From: an uncultured delta proteobacterium
GTDB taxonomy: Bacteria; Desulfobacterota; Binatia; UBA9968
Direction: 5' to 3'
DNA length: 64,000 bases
Assembly (NCBI GenBank): GCA_963745835.1
Contig: CAVUZH010000013.1
Coordinates: forward strand, 576,001-640,000
Shown: positions 59,033 through 64,000 of the stretch, one piece after another
Position numbering within the stretch: the stretch's first letter is position 1
Layout: each line of letters begins with the position of its first letter
Notes under the pieces: model-generated
The model's database searches: none
What the model saw: the letters and a program-made list of their open reading frames with translations, nothing else
Told to the model about the DNA's origin: nothing
Translations under genes and position numbers: made by a program

Positions 59033-59983
59033 TTATTGCACTTTTTCTAACTGCAGCGCGAGCCCTTCAATTTGCTCTTGCCAATAGTGCTCGGTACCGA
59101 AGTCAGGAAATGCCGCTTTGAAAGCGCTGTCTTCCCAACGGCGCGCGATCCACGCGGAAAAATGAATCATGCGAAGCGCCCGCAATGGTTCCATGAGCTG
59201 CATAGTACTCATGTCGAAACTTCGCATCTGTTCGTATGCCTGGAGCAAGATACGCCTTTGCTCTTTCCCGTAGTCGTCGTCTGCGCCCGTGAGCATCCAG
59301 ATGTCTTGAATGGGAGGCGCGTAGAGCATGTCGTCGAAATCGATGAAACACGGATCGTCTCTATTCCACAAGATGTTTCCGGAGTGACAATCTCCGTGGA
59401 GCAGAATGTACTGGACTCCCTCAAACCGAGGAGTAATCGCGTCACAAATTTGCGTGACGATCGTTTCGAATCGACTCGCGAGTTCCATCGGAACGAAGTG
59501 TCCGTCTTTTAAGAATTTCAAAGGGTCTCGGCCATAGGTTTGAGGATCAAGTCGTAACCGGGGCGCGGCTTTTACGGTCGCGCCAATGTTATGAAGGCGA
59601 GCCATGAACCTTCCCAGACGCGTCAGCTGTTCCCTCGTCAGTTCCGGCTCCAGTCGGCCGGGACGCTTTGGAAAGATTGTGAACATGACTTCGTTAATTT
59701 CAAAAATACTTTGTCCCTTGTCATCCGTGAGTGGCGAGACGACGGGAATTTCACTTTCTTCAAGGGCCTTCAGAAAATCGTGCTCGGCCTGAATCGTGGC
59801 ACGACTCCAGCGGTCGGGGCGGTAGAATTTGACGATGACGTGCGGGCCTTCTTCCATCTCGATGTCGTATACACGGTTTTCCAGCGCATTAAGCGCGTAC
59901 AAGCGACCGGTGCAACGCCCGCCCAACTTCTCGGCGGCCTCGAAAATAACCTCTGGAAGAATCTGCAGGAAGTTGTCTTGCAT
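59033..59983 (-). CDS. srkA: Stress response Ser/Thr kinase SrkA (RdoA/YihE)
   Basis: Motifs LNALENRVY, KFYRPDRWS, LHGDCHSGNILW, IDFDD, QDIWM, AWIARRWEDSAF. Confidence 0.92.
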   Translation of the reverse strand: MQDNFLQILPEVIFEAAEKLGGRCTGRLYALNALENRVYDIEMEEGPHVIVKFYRPDRWSRATIQAEHDFLKALEESEIPVVSPLTDDKGQSIFEINEVMFTIFPKRPGRLEPELTREQLTRLGRFMARLHNIGATVKAAPRLRLDPQTYGRDPLKFLKDGHFVPMELASRFETIVTQICDAITPRFEGVQYILLHGDCHSGNILWNRDDPCFIDFDDMLYAPPIQDIWMLTGADDDYGKEQRRILLQAYEQMRSFDMSTMQLMEPLRALRMIHFSAWIARRWEDSAFKAAFPDFGTEHYWQEQIEGLALQLEKVQ

Positions 59984-60230
59984 GGCTTTATCCTAGACCA
60001 GTGAAGCATCGGGCGTCAGGTCTTTACTTTTGCTGTTACCGTTATGACTGCGAGTATTCGCCTGATTGTAGAATCTTGTAGATTCGAAGTAGGCGCTCTG
60101 GGGTCAGGGTAGTGCCCAGGCGATCACGATAGAGCACTTAGGGGGTCACGATCGGTCAGGTCTTGCCGTGCCACATCATTCATTTCATTTGCTCAATCTG
60201 TTTGAGTCTACGCGCTACTGATTCTCTCGG

Positions 60231-61301
60231 TTATTTCGGAAAAATTTTTAACTTGTCGGCCGGTAGGCGCACGTGCGCTTTGCTCCCGGGTACCAATTTT
60301 CCGTCCGCTTGGGTGGTCTTGCCACGCAGCCTGGTACCGCCGATCGATAGATTGTAAACGGTGATGTCGCCAAGAAATGTCTTGGACAGAAGCTCTGCGG
60401 CAAACTCGTTACTTGCACCGCTGCACTCGCGCGAAACGGCCACATCTTCCGGACGAATTGCCACGATGACATCCTTGGCGCCGTTGGGGAGCGCACAATC
60501 TAACACTCCCACATCGAGCTTTACCCGGCCATCACTTTGGACCGAGCCTGCGAATTCATTCATCGATCCGAGGAACTCCCCGACCCTGCGATCCCGTGGT
60601 CCATCGTATAGCTCTTGCGGCGCGCCGATCTGGAGAATCTTACCGCCGCTCATAACCGCAATTCGGTCGGCCAGCGCCATCGCTTCGACTTGATCATGGG
60701 TGACGTACAGCACGGTGATGCTGAGCTTGGTTGCAAGAAGGCGGATCTCGTCGCGAACTTCTTCACGTAGCCGCGCATCCAAATTGCTCAGAGGTTCGTC
60801 CATGAGCAGCACTTTGGGCTCGACCGCTAGCGCCCGCGCCAGCGCCACCCTTTGCTGTTGGCCGCCGCTCAAAAAGGGCACGGGTCGATCGGCAAGCGCC
60901 GCCAGTTGAACCAGCTCCAGTGCGCCCATAACACGCTCGCGAATTTTGGCGCGCGCTAGTCTGCGCTTGCCGTTAGCCAGGGGAAAAGCGACGTTCTGGA
61001 AAACTGTCATGTGCGGCCAAACCGCATAAGATTGAAAAACCATACCGAGCGCGCGATCTTCGACCGGGATAAAAATTCCCCGCTTCGGCGCGCTTACGGT
61101 TTCGTCACCGAGCTTTATTTCTCCAACTTCGGGTTTTTCCAAGCCGGCGACGCACCGAAGCAATGTCGTCTTGCCCGAACCGCTCAGCCCGAGCAACACA
61201 AAAAACTCCTGCTCGCGCACTTCCAAGTCGACGGCGTCCACCGCGCGAACCACATCGCCGCCGCTCTTGAAGATCTTTGTCAGTGAACGAATATCGATCA
61301 T
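60231..61301 (-). CDS. ABC transporter ATP-binding protein (FbpC/PotA-like)
   Basis: Motifs GLSGSGKTT, LSGGQQQRVALARAL, DEPLSNLD, VTHDQ, and a TOBE tail. Confidence 0.95.
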   Translation of the reverse strand: MIDIRSLTKIFKSGGDVVRAVDAVDLEVREQEFFVLLGLSGSGKTTLLRCVAGLEKPEVGEIKLGDETVSAPKRGIFIPVEDRALGMVFQSYAVWPHMTVFQNVAFPLANGKRRLARAKIRERVMGALELVQLAALADRPVPFLSGGQQQRVALARALAVEPKVLLMDEPLSNLDARLREEVRDEIRLLATKLSITVLYVTHDQVEAMALADRIAVMSGGKILQIGAPQELYDGPRDRRVGEFLGSMNEFAGSVQSDGRVKLDVGVLDCALPNGAKDVIVAIRPEDVAVSRECSGASNEFAAELLSKTFLGDITVYNLSIGGTRLRGKTTQADGKLVPGSKAHVRLPADKLKIFPK

Positions 61302-61313
61302 TTTTGCTTAGCC

Positions 61314-61433
61314 GGCTGTTGAAAAAGTCCCACCTGCTTCGTTGCGCTCGAGCGATTTCGCGTCAACGTACAAGAGTACGCCTCCACTCGTCGCTCTTCG
61401 CCCGCCTCGCATCTGAGACCTTTTTGAACAGCC
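61314..61433. mobile_element. ~120-bp palindromic MITE-like element, copy 2, inside the ABC operon
   Basis: GGCTGTTGAAAAAG ... CTTTTTGAACAGCC ends; internal sequence homologous to 41401-41528. Confidence 0.75.
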
Positions 61434-61495
61434 TTGACGCAGTTTGTTCAACACTCTTTAGGCGTTGAGGCTCTACTCACGCAGTCACCCATCTT

Positions 61496-63244
61496 CTACG
61501 CCGACGACTCGACATGTTGCAGGCGCCGCGCATAGATCCAAAATGTCGTCACAAGGGGCGCCATCACCGCCATCATGATGATTGCGATGGCGGCGGCGTC
61601 GCCGAGGCCGCCGCCGTGCCACTGCCCCCATATATAGGTGGAAAGCACCTGGCTTTTCGGTGACGCCAGGAACACCGCCATGGTCAGTTCGCGATAAGCG
61701 GATAGCGACGTCCAGATCCAGGCGTAGACGATGCCGGGGCGAATCAACGGCACGATCACTTTGGCGAGAATGCGCAGAGTTGAAACTCCCCCGACCTGCG
61801 CCGCCTCCTCCAGCTCGCGGTGGAGTTGAATCATACTGTTGTTCAGCACCCGCGTGCCGAAACTCACCCAGCAAACTACATAGACAGCGACGATGACATA
61901 GATCGTGCCGTACACCGGCAGGACATTTGAAATCAATAAGGCGAAGTAAGCGATTGCCAGAGCGAAAAGCAAGTTCGGTACGGGGTGTGGCAGGAAGGCA
62001 ACGGCGTCCAATGCGACACGCCAGCGCAGCCGCGATCGTGTAACGATCCACGAGATCGCGGCGCAAATGATAACGATAAGAGTCGGCACCACTACCATGA
62101 GCAGCAGTGTATTCAAACCCGCCTGAATTAGCCCGCTGTCAAGAGCGAGCGCGCTGTAACGCTCAAAGGAGATCGAAGCGAGCGCTTGGCGCGATGGAAT
62201 TTGCACGTAAGGTAAGAGCGATACCCAGAAAATCGCGAGCAGCGGCAGAATGAAAGCAAGTGTGAAATACAATCCAAGCATTGCCCAGCCGAGCAACCAC
62301 CAGCGGCCCAATTGCACGGGCCGGCATTGGTACGATTTTCCCGAAATGATCTGATAACGATGGCTCTGCTTTAGGGCGATGAAATAAGGAATCATGAGAA
62401 TCAGCGAAAAGATGACCATCAACGTGCCGTATGCGCCGCTCAGGCCATAACGCGGCAGACCTTCGTTGGGATTGATCATGAAATAGACGGCAGTGCTGAA
62501 GGTAAAGATATTGTTGGCCATGCCGATGACGCCGGGCACGTCGAACGCAGCCATAGCCACTGTAAACATCCAGATGACGGCTGAAAACAACGCCGGCCAG
62601 ATCAGTGGCAGCTCAACCCAGAGAAGGGTTTTTAGCTTGCTGACCCCGTGCACGTTCGAGGCCTCGACCAGCGCTGGATTCATGCTACGCAGGGCCGCCG
62701 AGATCATTACGTAGGCGAGCGGCGTCAAAGTCAGGCCCTGGACGAATCCAATGCCGCCCAAGGTCGCGACGTTGAGGGGTGCGCTTTTGAGATCCAGGAG
62801 CTGCATCAAAAAAATGTTGATGACGCCGATGCGCGGATGACAGAGAAAGACCCAACCCATCGCCTTGAGAAAGGTTGGAAACAGAATTCCGATGCTCAAC
62901 AGGCTCATGGCCAGCGCTTTGTAGCGCAGATCCGTGCGCTCGATGAACCAGGCGAACAAAAAACCAAGCGGGATCGCAACGGCAATAGTGACGGCGGAAA
63001 AAATCAGCGTCGTCACCATCACGCGGTAGTTATAAGAATCCGCGATCAGTGAAGTGTAATTGCTGAGCGTATAGGGCGAGTACTGGCCGGGCACTCCGGT
63101 GCGAAAGCTCATCCAAACAATTGTGATGAGCAGTCCGAGGATTGCTACCGAGGCAAGGCCGGCCACCGCCAGAATGGACATTTGCGACCAGTTGACCTGC
63201 GATCGCCGCGGACGCAGAATTTGCGTGTTGTCGATGACGCTCAT
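61496..63244 (-). CDS. ABC transporter permease, two-domain FbpB-like
   Basis: Two EAA-type motifs (LVEASNVHG, LEEAAQVGG) and many TM segments. Confidence 0.92.
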   Translation of the reverse strand: MSVIDNTQILRPRRSQVNWSQMSILAVAGLASVAILGLLITIVWMSFRTGVPGQYSPYTLSNYTSLIADSYNYRVMVTTLIFSAVTIAVAIPLGFLFAWFIERTDLRYKALAMSLLSIGILFPTFLKAMGWVFLCHPRIGVINIFLMQLLDLKSAPLNVATLGGIGFVQGLTLTPLAYVMISAALRSMNPALVEASNVHGVSKLKTLLWVELPLIWPALFSAVIWMFTVAMAAFDVPGVIGMANNIFTFSTAVYFMINPNEGLPRYGLSGAYGTLMVIFSLILMIPYFIALKQSHRYQIISGKSYQCRPVQLGRWWLLGWAMLGLYFTLAFILPLLAIFWVSLLPYVQIPSRQALASISFERYSALALDSGLIQAGLNTLLLMVVVPTLIVIICAAISWIVTRSRLRWRVALDAVAFLPHPVPNLLFALAIAYFALLISNVLPVYGTIYVIVAVYVVCWVSFGTRVLNNSMIQLHRELEEAAQVGGVSTLRILAKVIVPLIRPGIVYAWIWTSLSAYRELTMAVFLASPKSQVLSTYIWGQWHGGGLGDAAAIAIIMMAVMAPLVTTFWIYARRLQHVESSA

Positions 63245-63279
63245 ACAAGAGGGGCATTAGCCAATAGGCGATGGCTTTT

Positions 63280-64000
63280 TTACTTTAGCAGTATCTTGGT
63301 CAGCTCATCCTCGAACGGTGTATCGTCTTTCATGAACACTTCATTCAGCTCCCGTGGATCTTGGAGTTTGATCTTGTTGCCGCGGACGTACTTTGCCATC
63401 AGGGTGCCGTCCACCAGATAGGACGAGCGCCAGTCATGTTTCTCGATCACCGCTTGCGCCTCGCGGGTGCTCATAAATGCGACGAGCAGTTTGGCGGAAT
63501 CCGGATGGACGGAGTTCCGGGGCACTGCAAGTTGATAGTAAGACGAAGTCGGCGGTGTCGAGCCCGGCAGGCCGACCAGCGGCGCTCCTTTGGCTTGCCA
63601 CTTCCACATCGCTTCCAAGGCGCCACCGGTGCTGGCCATGATCGGAAACTCGCCGCTGACGATGCGCTCCTCTTCGCCCTGGCGCAGCCGCCCTCCCGCA
63701 AGCGTCGCCAGCTTGCGCGCGTAGGCTAGCACTTTTTCCTTTCCCCATATCGAAGACAAACGAACCAACCAGTGGATGTACGAAGGAATGGCAATTTTGC
63801 CGGCCCAGGTCGGGCTGAGCGCCGGATCAATCAGATCTTCGTAGCCCTTGGGAGCTTTATCTTTTGGGATTGCGTTGGAGTTGTAAATGATGCCGTGAAA
63901 CGAAGCATAGACCAGCAGCGTCTCGTTGGGAAGGATCTCCATCTCTTTGGTCACCCATGGGAAAGTCTCCGACCAGTTGACCTTCTGCAAAGCCTTCTCG
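63280..64000 (-). CDS. ABC transporter substrate-binding protein (FbpA/AfuA-like), 5'-truncated by the window edge
   Basis: Motifs IIYNSNAIPKDKAPKGYEDL, IVSGEF, HPDSAKLLVAF; lies upstream of the permease. Confidence 0.85.
   Translation of the reverse strand, partial: EKALQKVNWSETFPWVTKEMEILPNETLLVYASFHGIIYNSNAIPKDKAPKGYEDLIDPALSPTWAGKIAIPSYIHWLVRLSSIWGKEKVLAYARKLATLAGGRLRQGEEERIVSGEFPIMASTGGALEAMWKWQAKGAPLVGLPGSTPPTSSYYQLAVPRNSVHPDSAKLLVAFMSTREAQAVIEKHDWRSSYLVDGTLMAKYVRGNKIKLQDPRELNEVFMKDDTPFEDELTKILLK

Noticed and set aside
1-64000. rRNA, tRNA, prophage or reverse-transcriptase systems
   Set aside because: I recognised no tRNA cloverleaf, rRNA segment, phage structural gene or RT motif by eye. 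A tRNAscan/Infernal run would be needed to exclude small RNAs.

Overview
A 64-kb window of accessory bacterial DNA with moderately high GC. The many stand-alone NMT1/Bug/TAXI solute-binding proteins, molybdoenzyme large subunits, amidohydrolases and Y1-transposase relics suggest a soil Deltaproteobacteria-like organism such as Ca. Binatota; this is inference only. The window holds a partial IS110 at the left edge, a glycosyltransferase trio, a RelE/Phd toxin-antitoxin pair, many catabolic enzymes paired with orphan binding proteins, an ECF sigma/anti-sigma module with a beta-propeller-cupredoxin fusion, a RelA-like gene, a Rieske oxygenase/NahE-like aldolase operon, srkA and an Fe3+/polyamine-type ABC operon. 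I saw no rRNA, tRNA or CRISPR array. The most unusual signals are these: (i) an intact HUH/Y1 transposase bounded by 30-bp inverted repeats with a stuttered junction, plus relics and solo ends across the window; (ii) four same-orientation intergenic copies of the 3' tail of a MetE-like gene that bracket accessory modules; (iii) an AT-richer two-gene wHTH + NDT/TIR-like operon, a candidate defence system; (iv) a catalytically dead nitrilase paired with an active paralog; (v) a near-identical DJ-1 gene duplicated 52,560 bp apart; (vi) a structured IS110 non-coding end. Several single-base frameshifts in otherwise intact genes probably reflect sequencing or assembly errors. All family calls come from reading motifs by eye, not from database searches.
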